Shown here in pieces: positions 1-10,600 of a stretch of 64,000 nucleotides of DNA. Below the pieces are notes generated by a model. It was not told the DNA's origin. It saw only the letters and a list, made by a program, of their open reading frames with translations, and did not search any database. The stretch lies in NCBI GenBank assembly GCA_947629765.1, contig CANREW010000002.1, forward strand, positions 2,737 through 66,736, given 5' to 3'. This stretch comes from an uncultured Clostridia bacterium. Its GTDB lineage: Bacteria > Bacillota > Clostridia > TANB77 > CAG-508. The translations under genes and the position numbers were made by a program. Position 1 is the first letter of the stretch. Each line of letters begins with the position of its first letter.

Positions 1-359
1 AACAAATAATATTATACATTGTTGTAGGTTTTGCGATAGCATTTACTATTAGTTACAGATATTCTATGATAGATAAAACTTATTCGAATCTTCAAGCTTT
101 AAAGGGATCTCTTGCAGCAACCCAAAAAGAAATTGCACAATTACAAGCAAATATGGAAAGTACATTGAATTTAAGCGATATAGAAAAACAAGCTGAAGAA
201 AAACTTGGAATGAAAAAATTAGGAACAGAGCAGATAGTATATGTTACACTTCCTAAAAGTGACCATGTAGAAACAAGCTCAGAAGAGATAGAAGAAGAGG
301 AAGAAAGTGACAACTGGTTTATGAAAATAATAAACAAAATAATGGGAACTTTAAAATAA
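1..359 (+). CDS. FtsL/DivIC-like cell-division protein, 5' end cut by window edge
   Basis: Frame is open from nt 3 (QIILYIVVGFAIAFTISY, a TM helix) into the 66..359 ORF. A TM helix, a coiled coil and '..IEKQAEEKLGMKK..' resemble Firmicute FtsL-type proteins. Confidence 0.4.
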   Translation, partial: QIILYIVVGFAIAFTISYRYSMIDKTYSNLQALKGSLAATQKEIAQLQANMESTLNLSDIEKQAEEKLGMKKLGTEQIVYVTLPKSDHVETSSEEIEEEEESDNWFMKIINKIMGTLK

Positions 360-454
360 TTATTTAGTTAATTATAATAATAAAATTTAAGACATATATT
401 TTGCAGAAAATAGAGCAAAAACGTTGACTTTCTGCTATAAAAATGATAAAATAT

Positions 455-495
455 ATAACGTTGATTTAAAATAAAAATCAACGTTATATTTTATT
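455..495 (+). terminator. Hairpin plus U-tract between the ftsL-like gene and rpsL
   Basis: Perfect 11-bp arms ATAACGTTGAT (455..465) and ATCAACGTTAT (477..487) followed by ATTTTATT. A TTGACT-17-TAAAAT promoter-like site (424..452) overlaps it, so the role (terminator or leader hairpin) is ambiguous. Confidence 0.35.
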
Positions 496-551
496 GTTAT
501 TTTGACAATAATCTAAAATGTAAAATTTAAAAAAACGGAGGTGAAATTTAA

Positions 552-965
552 GTGCCAACAATTAACCAATTAGTAAGAAAAGGAAGACAATCTTCTAAGG
601 CTAAATCAACTGCACCTGCTTTACAACACGGATTTAACTCTAAAAAGAACACAACAACTGACAACAGATCTCCACAAAAGAGAGGTGTTTGTACAGTAGT
701 AAAAACAGTTACTCCAAAGAAGCCAAACTCAGCTTTGAGAAAAGTTGCCAGAGTTAGACTTTCAAACGGATATGAGGTTACATCTTATATACCAGGAATA
801 GGACACAACTTACAAGAGCATAGTGTTGTTTTGATAAGAGGTGGAAGAGTAAAAGACTTACCAGGTGTTAGATACCATATTATAAGAGGAACACTTGATA
901 CTGCTGGTGTAAAAGACAGAATGCAAGGTCGTTCTAAATATGGAGCTAAGAAACCTAAAAAGTAA
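552..965 (+). CDS. rpsL: 30S ribosomal protein S12
   Basis: 137-aa ORF '[20 protein letters not shown]..' with GTG start and upstream GGAGG. Confidence 0.97.
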   Translation: MPTINQLVRKGRQSSKAKSTAPALQHGFNSKKNTTTDNRSPQKRGVCTVVKTVTPKKPNSALRKVARVRLSNGYEVTSYIPGIGHNLQEHSVVLIRGGRVKDLPGVRYHIIRGTLDTAGVKDRMQGRSKYGAKKPKK

Positions 966-966
966 T

Positions 967-1091
967 AAATTCAAAAAATAATCAGCATCTTACGTCGTTG
1001 CTCTTCGGTAAAAAATCCTCGACGTACAAAAAGTACGCCTCCGGTATTTTACCTTGAGCGCCTAGTAATATACTAATTCTTTTTTGAATTT
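967..1091. repeat. CpG-rich palindromic intergenic element P1
   Basis: Terminal inverted repeats AAATTCAAAAAA (967..978) and TTTTTTGAATTT (1080..1091) enclose a CG-rich core (..cgacgtacaaaaagtacgcc..) that is atypical for this AT-rich DNA. Confidence 0.5.
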
Positions 1092-1312
1092 AGAAATTTT
1101 AGTAGAATCTACTGATAGGAGTAAATCTACCAAAATTTTAAAAGGTGCTAATAATACTTACTACAATTTAAGAGGTACTTAAATTTAGGATAGATTTATA
1201 TAGCACTGACGGGGAATTTAATTTTCCGAGTAACTTTAGATATTTATATAAATATCTGCGAAAATTTGCTTAGAGAAAATTTCTCTAACATATAGAAAAG
1301 GAGTGAAGAATA

Positions 1313-1783
1313 GTGCCAAGAAAAGGATATATAGCAAAAAGAGATGTTTTACCAGATCCAATATATAATAGCAAAGTTGTTACAAAATTAATTAACAATA
1401 TAATGCTAGATGGTAAAAAATCTGTAGCTCAAAAAATAGTTTATGATGCATTTGATATCATAAAAGAAAAAGAGCAAAAAGATCCACTAGAAGTTTTTGA
1501 ATCAGCATTAGACAATATTATGCCAGTCCTTGAGGTAAAAGCTAGACGTGTTGGTGGTGCAACATACCAAGTACCACTAGAAATTAGACCAGAAAGAAGA
1601 CAAACTTTAGGTTTAAGATGGCTTGTTATTTATGCAAGAAAAAGACATGAAAAAACTATGTCTGAAAAATTAGCTGGTGAAATAATTGATGCTATTAACG
1701 GAAATGGTGGAGCATTCAAGAAGAAAGAAGATACACATAGAATGGCAGAAGCTAATAAGGCTTTCGCACACTATAAGTGGTAA
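1313..1783 (+). CDS. rpsG: 30S ribosomal protein S7
   Basis: 156-aa ORF '[23 protein letters not shown]..' with GTG start and RBS AAGGAG. Confidence 0.97.
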   Translation: MPRKGYIAKRDVLPDPIYNSKVVTKLINNIMLDGKKSVAQKIVYDAFDIIKEKEQKDPLEVFESALDNIMPVLEVKARRVGGATYQVPLEIRPERRQTLGLRWLVIYARKRHEKTMSEKLAGEIIDAINGNGGAFKKKEDTHRMAEANKAFAHYKW

Positions 1784-1859
1784 TAAACAAATAAAAAGAA
1801 CAAAACTAAAATTAAATGCAAAGTTTTTCATTTAATTTTTATAAGGAGGAAAAAATAAA

Positions 1860-3944
1860 GTGTCAGAGAGAAAATATTCATTAGAAAAAACAAGAAATAT
1901 AGGAATAATGGCACATATTGATGCAGGAAAAACTACAACTACTGAAAGAATTCTTTTTTATACAGGAAAAACTCATAAAATAGGAGAAGTTCATGAAGGT
2001 GAAGCAACTATGGACTGGATGGTTCAAGAGCAAGAAAGAGGTATAACAATAACATCTGCTGCAACTACTTGTTTCTGGTTAAACCATAGAATCAATATAA
2101 TTGATACTCCAGGTCACGTTGACTTTACAGTTGAGGTAGAAAGATCTTTAAGAGTACTTGATGGTTCAGTTACTGTATTTTGTGCTAAAGGTGGAGTTCA
2201 ACCACAATCAGAAACAGTTTGGCGTCAAGCTGATAAATATCAAGTTCCAAGAATGGCTTATGTTAATAAAATGGATATAACAGGAGCTGATTTCTATAAT
2301 TGCGTAGAGCAAATGAAAACTAGATTAAATGCAAATGCTATTCCAATTCAATTACCTATTGGTGCAGAAGACACTTTCAAAGGTATAGTTGATTTGATAA
2401 AAATGAAAGCATTTATCCATAAAGACGATTTAGGAAAAGATATTGAAGTTACTGATATACCAGAAGATTTAAAAGCTAAGGCAGAAGAATATAGAGCAAA
2501 AATGATAGAGGCTGCAGCAGAACAAGATGATGACTTAATGATGAAATACCTAGAAGGAGAAGAACTTACAGAAGACGAAATTAAACTTGGTCTTCGTAAA
2601 GGAACACTTGCAAATAAATTAGTTACTGTTTGCTGTGGATCTTCATACAAAAACAAAGGTGTTCAAGAGTTATTAAATGCTATTGTAGACTATATGCCAT
2701 CACCATTAGATATTCCTGCTATAAAAGGAAAAAATCTTGATGGAGAAGAAACAGATAGAAAGCCTTCAGATGAAGAACCTTTCGCAGCATTAGCATTCAA
2801 AATTGCAACAGACCCATTCGTTGGAAAACTTTGTTTCTTAAGAGTATATTCAGGAACATTAGATTCAGGATCAACAGTTTTAAATGCAAATAAAGATAAA
2901 AGAGAAAGAATTGGTAGATTACTTCAAATGCATGCAAATCACAGAGAAGATATTGACAAAATATTTGCTGGTGATATCGTTGCAGCAGTTGGATTAAAAG
3001 AGGTAACAACAGGAGACACTTTGTGTGATCCAAATCATCCAGTTATACTTGAATCTATGGAATTCCCAGAGCCAGTTATTGATATAGCTATAGAGCCTAA
3101 GGATAAAGTTGCACAAGAGAAAATGGCTATAGCATTAGCAAAACTTGCAGAAGAGGATCCAACATTTAAAACATATACAGATCATGAAACAGGTCAAACA
3201 ATTATAGCAGGTATGGGTGAGTTACACCTAGATATAATTGTAGACAGATTAAAGAGAGAATTTAAAGTTGAATGTAACGTAGGTAAACCACAAGTTGCAT
3301 ACAAAGAGACAATTAGAAAACCAGTTAGAGTTGAAGGAAAATTTATTCGTCAATCTGGTGGACGTGGACAATATGGTCATGTTTGGATAGAAATGGAACC
3401 ATTAGAGCCAGGTAAAGGTATTGAATTTGAAAGCAAAATCGTAGGTGGTGTTGTTCCAAAAGAATACGTTAAACCAGTTGAGGAAGGAATTAGAGAAGCA
3501 GCTGAGTCTGGTGTACTTGCTGGATATCCAGTTATCGACTTTAAAGCAACATTAGTTGATGGTTCTTACCATGAAGTCGACTCTTCAGAAATGGCATTCA
3601 AAATTGCTGGATCTATGGCTTTCAAAGAGGGAGCTAAACAAGGTGGATCAGTAATCCTAGAACCTATAATGAGAGTTGAAGTAACAGTTCCAGAAGAATA
3701 CATGGGAGATGTTATTGGAGATATTAACTCTAGACGTGGTAGAATGGAAGGAATGGAATCAAGAGCAGGAAACCAAATAATAAGAGGATTTATTCCACTT
3801 TCAGAAATGTTTGGTTATGCAACAGATTTACGTTCAAAAACACAAGGTAGAGGAACTTATGCTATGGAACCAAGCCATTACGAAGAAGTTCCAAAATCTA
3901 TACTTGATACAATAGTTGCATCAAGAGCTAAAAAGGAAGAATAA
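1860..3944 (+). CDS. fusA: Elongation factor G
   Basis: 694-aa ORF with G-domain motifs [17 protein letters not shown] and NKMD. It sits in str-operon order. Confidence 0.97.
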   Translation: MSERKYSLEKTRNIGIMAHIDAGKTTTTERILFYTGKTHKIGEVHEGEATMDWMVQEQERGITITSAATTCFWLNHRINIIDTPGHVDFTVEVERSLRVLDGSVTVFCAKGGVQPQSETVWRQADKYQVPRMAYVNKMDITGADFYNCVEQMKTRLNANAIPIQLPIGAEDTFKGIVDLIKMKAFIHKDDLGKDIEVTDIPEDLKAKAEEYRAKMIEAAAEQDDDLMMKYLEGEELTEDEIKLGLRKGTLANKLVTVCCGSSYKNKGVQELLNAIVDYMPSPLDIPAIKGKNLDGEETDRKPSDEEPFAALAFKIATDPFVGKLCFLRVYSGTLDSGSTVLNANKDKRERIGRLLQMHANHREDIDKIFAGDIVAAVGLKEVTTGDTLCDPNHPVILESMEFPEPVIDIAIEPKDKVAQEKMAIALAKLAEEDPTFKTYTDHETGQTIIAGMGELHLDIIVDRLKREFKVECNVGKPQVAYKETIRKPVRVEGKFIRQSGGRGQYGHVWIEMEPLEPGKGIEFESKIVGGVVPKEYVKPVEEGIREAAESGVLAGYPVIDFKATLVDGSYHEVDSSEMAFKIAGSMAFKEGAKQGGSVILEPIMRVEVTVPEEYMGDVIGDINSRRGRMEGMESRAGNQIIRGFIPLSEMFGYATDLRSKTQGRGTYAMEPSHYEEVPKSILDTIVASRAKKEE

Positions 3945-4105
3945 TTCAAACAATAATTCCAGTTTGAATTAGAAAATATTAAATAACACTTGCATTTTTT
4001 ACAAAAGTGTTATAAAATGCAAGTGTTAGAAATTTAGTCATTAAATTTAAAAAATAAAACAAAAAGTCAAATTAAATTGACGAAATTTAAAGGAGGATTT
4101 TTAAA

Positions 4106-5308
4106 ATGGCAAAAGCAAAATTTGAAAGAACAAAACCACACGTTAACATTGGTACAATCGGCCATGTTGACCACGGAAAAACAACAACAACAGCTGCTAT
4201 AACAAAAGTACTAGGCTTAAAAGGTCAAGCACAATATACAGCTTATGATCAAATCGATGGAGCACCAGAGGAAAAGGCAAGAGGAATCACAATTAATACA
4301 GCACACGTTGAATATGAAACAGAAAAGAGACACTATGCACACGTAGACTGTCCAGGACATGCTGACTACGTAAAGAACATGATTACAGGTGCAGCTCAAA
4401 TGGATGGAGCAATACTTGTAGTATCAGCAGCAGATGGACCAATGCCTCAAACAAGAGAGCATATATTACTTGCTAGACAAGTTGGTGTTAAATATATAGT
4501 TGTATATTTAAACAAATGTGATCAAGTTGATGATCCAGAATTACTAGAATTAGTTGAAATGGAAGTTAGAGACTTACTTACAAGCTATGATTTCCCAGGA
4601 GACGAGATTCCAATAATAAAAGGATCTTCTCTAAACGTATTAGAGTCAACATCTACAGATCCAAATGCACCAGAATATAAATGTATTTGGGAATTATTAG
4701 ATGCTGTTGATAATTATATACCAACACCAGACAGACCAACAGACCAACCATTCTTAATGCCAGTTGAAGACGTATTCACAATTACAGGTAGAGGAACAGT
4801 TGCAACAGGTAGAGTAGAAAGAGGAACAGTAAAAGTTGGAGACGAAGTTGAAATAGTAGGACTTTCTACAGAAAAGAAAAAGACAGTTGTAACAGGTGTA
4901 GAAATGTTCAGAAAACTATTAGACCAAGCAGAAGCTGGAGATAATATCGGTGTTCTATTAAGAGGTATCGATAGAAAAGATATCGAAAGAGGTCAAGTTT
5001 TAGCTGTACCTGGATCAATTCATCCACATACAAAATTCAAATCAGAAGTATATATCCTAACAAAAGAAGAAGGTGGAAGACATACTCCATTCTTCAATGG
5101 ATATAGACCACAATTCTATTTCAGAACAACTGATGTTACAGGTGTTATTGACTTACCAGAAGGAACAGAAATGGTTATGCCAGGAGATAATGTAACAATG
5201 ACAATAGAATTAATTACTCCAATAGCTATCGAAAAAGGATTAAGATTCGCTATTCGTGAAGGTGGAAGAACAGTTGGATCAGGAATCGTTTCAGAAATAA
5301 TGGAATAA
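4106..5308 (+). CDS. tuf: Elongation factor Tu
   Basis: 400-aa ORF with [17 protein letters not shown] and NKCD motifs. Confidence 0.98.
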   Translation: MAKAKFERTKPHVNIGTIGHVDHGKTTTTAAITKVLGLKGQAQYTAYDQIDGAPEEKARGITINTAHVEYETEKRHYAHVDCPGHADYVKNMITGAAQMDGAILVVSAADGPMPQTREHILLARQVGVKYIVVYLNKCDQVDDPELLELVEMEVRDLLTSYDFPGDEIPIIKGSSLNVLESTSTDPNAPEYKCIWELLDAVDNYIPTPDRPTDQPFLMPVEDVFTITGRGTVATGRVERGTVKVGDEVEIVGLSTEKKKTVVTGVEMFRKLLDQAEAGDNIGVLLRGIDRKDIERGQVLAVPGSIHPHTKFKSEVYILTKEEGGRHTPFFNGYRPQFYFRTTDVTGVIDLPEGTEMVMPGDNVTMTIELITPIAIEKGLRFAIREGGRTVGSGIVSEIME

Positions 5309-5327
5309 TATATAAATTAATCTAAGT

Positions 5328-5354
5328 AAAAGAGACCTTAAAGGTCTCTTTTAT
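5328..5354 (+). terminator. Intrinsic terminator after tuf
   Basis: AGAGACC-TTAA-GGTCTCT hairpin followed by a T-run. Confidence 0.8.
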
Positions 5355-5432
5355 TGTTATAATTTATAGCATCTAGCATAAACTCAGGTATTGGTAATTT
5401 TAGATTTTTTAGAATCTTTTGCTTGCATAAAC

Positions 5433-5606
5433 TATTGAAAATAACATAATAATGTGATATAATAAAATTTAACTGCCTCTAGTTTGAGGTAAATATCAAA
5501 AAGGAGGTCCCCTAATAATGAAAGGGACACGGAAAACCAGAAACATACTTGCAGTGCTACTCTTGGTAGTGATGGTATTTTCAGTCATCATTGCATTTGG
5601 GGAAAA
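5433..5606 (+). repeat. Copy 1 of duplicated promoter, leader and signal-peptide unit
   Basis: About 170 bp is near-identical to 6231..6402. It contains TTGAAA (5435..5440), a 17-nt spacer, TGaTATAAT (-10 at 5458..5463), the leader hairpin CCTC-TAGTTT-GAGG, the RBS and the first ~28 codons. Confidence 0.8.
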
Positions 5607-6096
5607 ATCTGCCGAAGATTATGATGCCTCATTTAGAAAAGGCATTGCGCTAGGGATTAAAAGAGCTATTGCCGACTACGGCATTTTGTTAGGGGAAATT
5701 CCTAACAAAGAGTATGAAGAACTCGGAAACAAAGAAGATGAAATGATAGCAGAATTTTCTATCCAAAAGGTGCAGGAGTTTAATAAATATCTAAATGGAC
5801 TGACTGGATTATCAGACGAGGATTTATACGAGGAGATACCAGATGGGGATACATTTATCACAGGATACATGATTCAGATACAGAAAAACCTAATTGATAT
5901 GAGTTGGGGTGCAGGAATTATTGAAGAACAGTTCTATTGGGATATTAATGATGTATATGAAGAGTTCGTATCCAAGAAAACAATAACATCCAATGATGTC
6001 CAAAAATATCTGGAAAAAGTAGCAAAAATAGTAGAGGAAAGGTTAGAAACAGAAGGGGATAGCGATTTTAGCTATCCCCATTTACTTAAAAAATAA
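5518..6096 (+). CDS. Hypothetical signal-anchored/secreted acidic protein
   Basis: 192-aa ORF with RBS AAGGAGG and an N-terminal hydrophobic helix (ILAVLLLVVMVFSVIIAF). G+C is visibly higher than the neighbours and it contains an in-frame CGG (5530..5532). Confidence 0.6.
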   Translation: MKGTRKTRNILAVLLLVVMVFSVIIAFGEKSAEDYDASFRKGIALGIKRAIADYGILLGEIPNKEYEELGNKEDEMIAEFSIQKVQEFNKYLNGLTGLSDEDLYEEIPDGDTFITGYMIQIQKNLIDMSWGAGIIEEQFYWDINDVYEEFVSKKTITSNDVQKYLEKVAKIVEERLETEGDSDFSYPHLLKK

Positions 6097-6104
6097 ATCA
6101 TATA

Positions 6105-6232
6105 TAATATATAATATATTGCTTTTTTAAGAATTAATGATAAATTAAAAGGTAAATGAATTTTATAAAAAAGATAATATTAAGTTACTTGCGGACAATA
6201 TAGAAATACATGACATAACAGAAACAATATAA
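6105..6232 (+). repeat. Internally deleted duplicate of the plsX promoter and 5' coding fragment
   Basis: 6105..6142 resembles 6488..6538 (plsX upstream) and 6143..6232 resembles 6708..6796 (inside plsX). The two parts are joined at a shared AAAAGG. Confidence 0.7.
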
Positions 6233-6402
6233 TTGAAAACAACATAATAATGTGATACAATAAAATTGAATCGCCTCTAGTTTGAGGTAAATATTAGAAA
6301 AGGAGGCTCAAAACAATGAAAGAGAATAGGCATACCAAACTTATTTTATCATTGCTGTTGTTTGCAATTATGGTACTCTCAATCATTTGTGTGGGGAAAT
6401 AG
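6231..6402 (+). repeat. Copy 2 of duplicated promoter, leader and signal-peptide unit
   Basis: Matches 5433..5606 and carries TTGAAA-17-TACAAT (6233..6261). Confidence 0.8.
6316..6402 (+). pseudogene. Truncated paralog of the 5518..6096 gene (28 codons then stop)
   Basis: MKENRHTKLILSLLLFAIMVLSIICVGK* aligns to the first 28 aa of the 192-aa protein. It is followed by the hairpin AAGATAGGATAG..CTATCCTATCTT (6432..6465). Confidence 0.55.
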
Positions 6403-6579
6403 TAAAAACGCTAAAGAGCCCAAATAAAATTAAGATAGGATAGTTTGATTAACTATCCTATCTTAGTTTTACTTAATAACCTTTATAAAATTTATAAAAT
6501 ATATTGCTTTTTTTAAGAATTAATAATAAAATTAAAAGGAATTAAATATAACTATAATAAAGTGAGGGAAACTTAAATT

Positions 6580-7622
6580 ATGATAATACTAGTAGATGCA
6601 ATGGGAGGAGACAATGCACCAGATGCGGTAATTAAAGGTGCTATAAGGGCAGCAAAAGAGGTAAAAGCTACTATATGCTTAATTGGAAATGAAGAAATAA
6701 TAAAGCAAAAGGTAAAAGAATTTTACAAAAAAGATAATATTAAGGAACTTGCAGAAAATATAGAAATACATAACACAACAGAAACGATAGAAATGGAAGA
6801 TATTCCAACAGTTGCAATAAAGCATAAAAAAGATTCTTCTATGGTTGTTGGATTTAATATGCTAAAAGAAGGCAAAGGTGATGTATTTATATCAGCTGGA
6901 AATTCAGGAGCTTTGCTTACTCGGTGCAACACTTATAGTAGGAAGAATAAAGGGAATAGATAGGCCGGCACTCGCTCGGAATACTTCCTGCATATAAAAG
7001 TAGACTTTTATTAATAGATGCAGGCTCAAATACAAATTGTAAGCCAATAAACTTACTTCAATTTGCTCAAATGTCTAGTATATATCTAAAAAATACATAT
7101 AAAATAGAAAGACCAGCAATAGGACTTTTAAATATAGGAACAGAGGAAACAAAAGGAAATGATTTAACCAAAGAAAGTTATAGATTGTTAAAAGAAAAAG
7201 CAGAAGAATTAGATATAAATTTTGTAGGAAATGTTGAGGGAAGAGATGCTTTTTCAGGAAATATACATGCACTTGTTACAGATGGATTTACAGGAAATGT
7301 ATTTTTAAAAGCTATTGAAGGACTTGGAAAATTTGTAAAGAGATCATTAACAGAAAGTATAAAGAAAAATATATTATCAATGATTGCAGCAGTGCCTTGC
7401 CTTCCAGCGATTAAAAGGGTTGCTAAATCTATGGATTATAAAGAATATGGCGGAGCATTATTCTTAGGGGTAAAGAAACCTGTTGTAAAGGCTCATGGAA
7501 GTTCGGATGAATATTTATTTTATTTTACAATAAAACAAGCAGAAGAATTCGTTGAGAATAAGGCAGTTGAAAAGATGAAAGAAGAATTTGAAAAATTCAC
7601 TAAAAAAGACTTGACAAATTAG
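6580..7622 (+). CDS. plsX: Phosphate acyltransferase PlsX, interrupted by two apparent +1 frameshifts
   Basis: ORFs 6580..6963 and 7071..7622 are the N and C parts of PlsX (DAMGGDNAP..ISAGNSGALL..). Skipping C6922 and C6977 restores ..GALLT|GATLIVGRIKGIDRPALA|GILPAYKSRLLLIDAGSN.. in one frame. Confidence 0.9.
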
Positions 7623-7683
7623 ATAATATATAATATTGTTAGTGTAACAAAGTTAATGTTAAATATAAGGAGGGTATATAGAT

Positions 7684-7923
7684 ATGAACACAGAAGAAAT
7701 TTTTAATAAAGTTAAGGACATAATCGTTGAGCAACTTGGAGTTACAGAAAGTTCAGTAACATCTGAGGCATCTTTCATAGATGATCTAGGAGCTGATTCT
7801 TTAGATATAGTTGAATTAATAATGGCTTTAGAAGAAGAATTTGATATGGAAATTCCAGACGCAGATGCTGAAAAAATAGTTACTGTGAACGACGTTGTAG
7901 AATATATTAAAAATAATCAATAA
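7684..7923 (+). CDS. acpP: Acyl carrier protein
   Basis: 79-aa ORF with the DLGADSLD phosphopantetheine-attachment motif, directly downstream of plsX. Confidence 0.95.
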   Translation: MNTEEIFNKVKDIIVEQLGVTESSVTSEASFIDDLGADSLDIVELIMALEEEFDMEIPDADAEKIVTVNDVVEYIKNNQ

Positions 7924-7933
7924 GAATAAAATT

Positions 7934-7959
7934 TTCCTCCCATTAGGGAGGTTTTTTTA
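7934..7959 (+). terminator. Intrinsic terminator after acpP
   Basis: CCTCCC-ATTA-GGGAGG followed by T7. Confidence 0.85.
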
Positions 7960-8125
7960 TTGTATTAATAATTAAAAAATATCAAAAAATTTTATCATAA
8001 AAATTTTTTAACTAGCATATATTTATAATATAGAATGTAAAATATTAACAAACATGTAAAAATAAAGAAGTATAAATTGACAAACAAGTTAAGCATAGAT
8101 ATAATGAAATTGTTAGGAGAATGAT

Positions 8126-8973
8126 ATGTTATATGAAATGAACAATCCAAGTGATAAAAAATATATAAGTCAGTATGGAAAAGCATATGGAACAGTTCTA
8201 TTAAGTAATTGGTTACCTGATATTAGTAGGACTAAGAATTTATTTGTATTAGATAGTTATGAAGAATTTGAAAAAATAGAGGACAAACTACCTGAAATAT
8301 TTTCTTGTAGGGCTGATGCAAAAGTAGGAGATTCACCTACATTGCGGAGTAGAAGGAAATTTTGTAAGAAAATCTGGTGTAAAAGATTATATATTCAGGG
8401 TAAAGCAAAGTAATCCCAAAGGAGTAGTTCTTATCTTAGACACAGAAGAAGGAACACAAGAAAAGGTAAAAACAGATGGTGCCTTTAATGTATATTTTGA
8501 AATGGGACACAAAGTATATGTTGATTTTCTTGGCAAGGGATTTGATATGGGTTTTATTACCAAAGGCAAAGAAAATCATGAATTATGGAGTATAGACTGG
8601 GAAGATGTATTATTTGTAACTCCTAATAATATGAATAAATATAGGCAATATATAATATCAAATAATGATTATTTACAATCAGCGAGAAGAAGATTGCAAC
8701 ATTTGCTTAACATAGGATATAGTGCAGAATACATAAAAGGAAAAATTCCTAAGACATATTCACCAATGCCACCATCAATTAAAGAAATGCTATTAGACGA
8801 AATAGTATTTCCAATGTATAGTAAAGAATCTGCTTTAAAGCATGATGGATTGACATCTTTTCGGAGTTCAAGGGATGATTATAGATGGAAAGCTATTTCC
8901 AATAGAAATAAATAGGCGAGAAAGATTTGCTGAAAAAAGTTTTTTAGATAAAGATAATGGAACTGAAAGATAA
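8126..8973 (+). CDS. Hypothetical protein, interrupted by two apparent +1 frameshifts
   Basis: ORFs 8126..8413 and 8502..8915 plus a tail join into one ~280-aa frame if C8345 (..SPTL|GVEGNFVRK..) and C8862 (..LTSF|GVQGMIIDGK..) are skipped. The stop is at 8971..8973. I do not recognise the family. Confidence 0.55.
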
Positions 8974-9004
8974 GAGCAAAATTTATATAAAAAGGGGAAT
9001 CGAT

Positions 9005-9442
9005 ATGGAGATTATTGTTGGATGTGCTATTTTAAAAGATAATAAAATATTAATGGTAAGAGAATCTAAGAAGAAATGCTATGGAAAGCTATCATTTCCA
9101 GCAGGACATTTAAAAGAAAATGAAACTGTATTCGAGGGAGCAATAAGAGAGACACTTGAAGAAACAGGATATAAAGTAGAATTAAAAAAAGCTTTTCCAA
9201 TATTTGTTCATAATGATAATGATGGAGTAATGTTAATGCATTTTTTAGCTGAATTAGTTGAAGAAGGCTTTAAATATAATACTGATGAAATATTAGAAAC
9301 AAAATGGTTAAGTATTGAAGAAATTAAAAATATGGATAGAGAAGAATTTAGAAGTTATCCAGTAGTAGAAAATATAATTAATAGTCTTGAAAACAATAAT
9401 TTATACAATCTTGAGATGTATAGAAATTTACCTAGTGTTTAA
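9005..9442 (+). CDS. NUDIX hydrolase
   Basis: Nudix box GHLKENETVFEGAIRETLEETGY. The ATG at 9005 has RBS AAGGGG, so the longer 8957 start in the track is probably an artefact. Confidence 0.85.
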   Translation: MEIIVGCAILKDNKILMVRESKKKCYGKLSFPAGHLKENETVFEGAIRETLEETGYKVELKKAFPIFVHNDNDGVMLMHFLAELVEEGFKYNTDEILETKWLSIEEIKNMDREEFRSYPVVENIINSLENNNLYNLEMYRNLPSV

Positions 9443-9492
9443 ATCAAAATTTTAGCTAACTATGATATTAAATTAAGAGGGGGAATGTCCAT

Positions 9493-10434
9493 ATGAAAAC
9501 CAAAATGAATTTAAACGTAGTAGCAGAAAATGAAGAAGAAAAAGAAATAGAAAAGTTCTTAGAATTGTTGCATTCAAGTGATGAAGTAGAAAAATTTTTA
9601 GAAACTATGAGGCAAGAAGCAAAGAAAAGGAGTATATATAAATATAGAGAGAGGATAAAAGACTCTAATTCGGCAATTAGAACATATAGAATTAATAATA
9701 AAAAGCTAGAAGATGTACATGATTATGTTGGAATATCATTTATAACAAATAATGAAAAAGAAATTTATCCAATAATAGATTATTTAAAAGAAAAATTATC
9801 AAATGCAGAATATATTGATTTTGTTGATGAAAAGTATATATATTCTCCACTTGTATATATAAAATGGGTTCCACCATTAGGTTACAATGTATTTGCAAAA
9901 GAAAAATTAATTACAAATGCAATGGAAGTACCAATAGAAATAAGAGTATGTTCTAAGGAAGGATATATTTCTGAACAATCAGCCTATTATTCTGTTCAGA
10001 AAAATGATATGACTAATCTGCCAAGAGAAGAAAAAAATCAATTGAGAAATATTGCACAACATATTACATACAAATTTGCATTATTAAATATGAGGGAACT
10101 CACTGAAAAGGAAAGAAAAAAACATATTAAAGAATTAGATTCTATAATTCAAAAAAATTCGTTATTTTTAAGAGAAAATTATGATTTGTGCAAAGATGCT
10201 ATATTAGATTTTGGTAGATTAACATATAGATGCAAATACGATAAAGAAATGACCGAAGATCAAGGTGAACTTACAAAAGAAGAGATAGATAAAATAGATG
10301 AATTTATAAAAAATAAATTTAGTAGCCTTCTTGAAAATGGTGGAAAAGATATAGTAGAAAAGGTATCTATTGCAGTTGAAGAAATACAAAAAATAGAATA
10401 TAAAAGAATAAAGGAAGAATTAAATATAAATTGA
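9493..10434 (+). CDS. Hypothetical protein with divergent RelA/SpoT-like nucleotidyltransferase motifs
   Basis: 313-aa ORF. 'RIKDSNSAIRTYR', 'HDYVGISFI' and 'PIEIRVCS..YYSVQK' line up by eye with the RxKxxxS / DxxGxR / ExQxRT..YK blocks of small alarmone synthetases, but several catalytic positions differ. Confidence 0.35.
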   Translation: MKTKMNLNVVAENEEEKEIEKFLELLHSSDEVEKFLETMRQEAKKRSIYKYRERIKDSNSAIRTYRINNKKLEDVHDYVGISFITNNEKEIYPIIDYLKEKLSNAEYIDFVDEKYIYSPLVYIKWVPPLGYNVFAKEKLITNAMEVPIEIRVCSKEGYISEQSAYYSVQKNDMTNLPREEKNQLRNIAQHITYKFALLNMRELTEKERKKHIKELDSIIQKNSLFLRENYDLCKDAILDFGRLTYRCKYDKEMTEDQGELTKEEIDKIDEFIKNKFSSLLENGGKDIVEKVSIAVEEIQKIEYKRIKEELNIN

Positions 10435-10442
10435 AATATATG

Positions 10443-10478
10443 AAGAGCGGTATAAAAGAATACTGCTCTTTTGTTTTG
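10443..10478 (+). terminator. Intrinsic terminator
   Basis: AAGAGCGGTA..TACTGCTCTT hairpin followed by TTGTTTTG. Confidence 0.7.
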
Positions 10479-10600
10479 CTTTAAAAATTTTTAATTTTTT
10501 TTATTGCTATAAATAAATTATAGATGTATAATTAAAGTGGCAAAAAGTGTATTAATATTTAAAAATTTCATATACTAAAACAAAGGAGGAACGAAAGAAA

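Noticed and set aside
2348-2656. Antisense or overlapping ORFs from the track inside conserved genes. Examples are 92..337, 2348..2656, 2797..3033, 4217..4399, 16034..16393, 21957..22347, 25063..25389, 51587..51994, 55473..56060, 57057..57617, 59076..59540 and 61276..61845.
   Set aside because: They lie opposite or out of frame within strongly conserved protein genes. They have low-complexity S/F/L/I-rich translations typical of AT-rich antisense frames, and no RBS.
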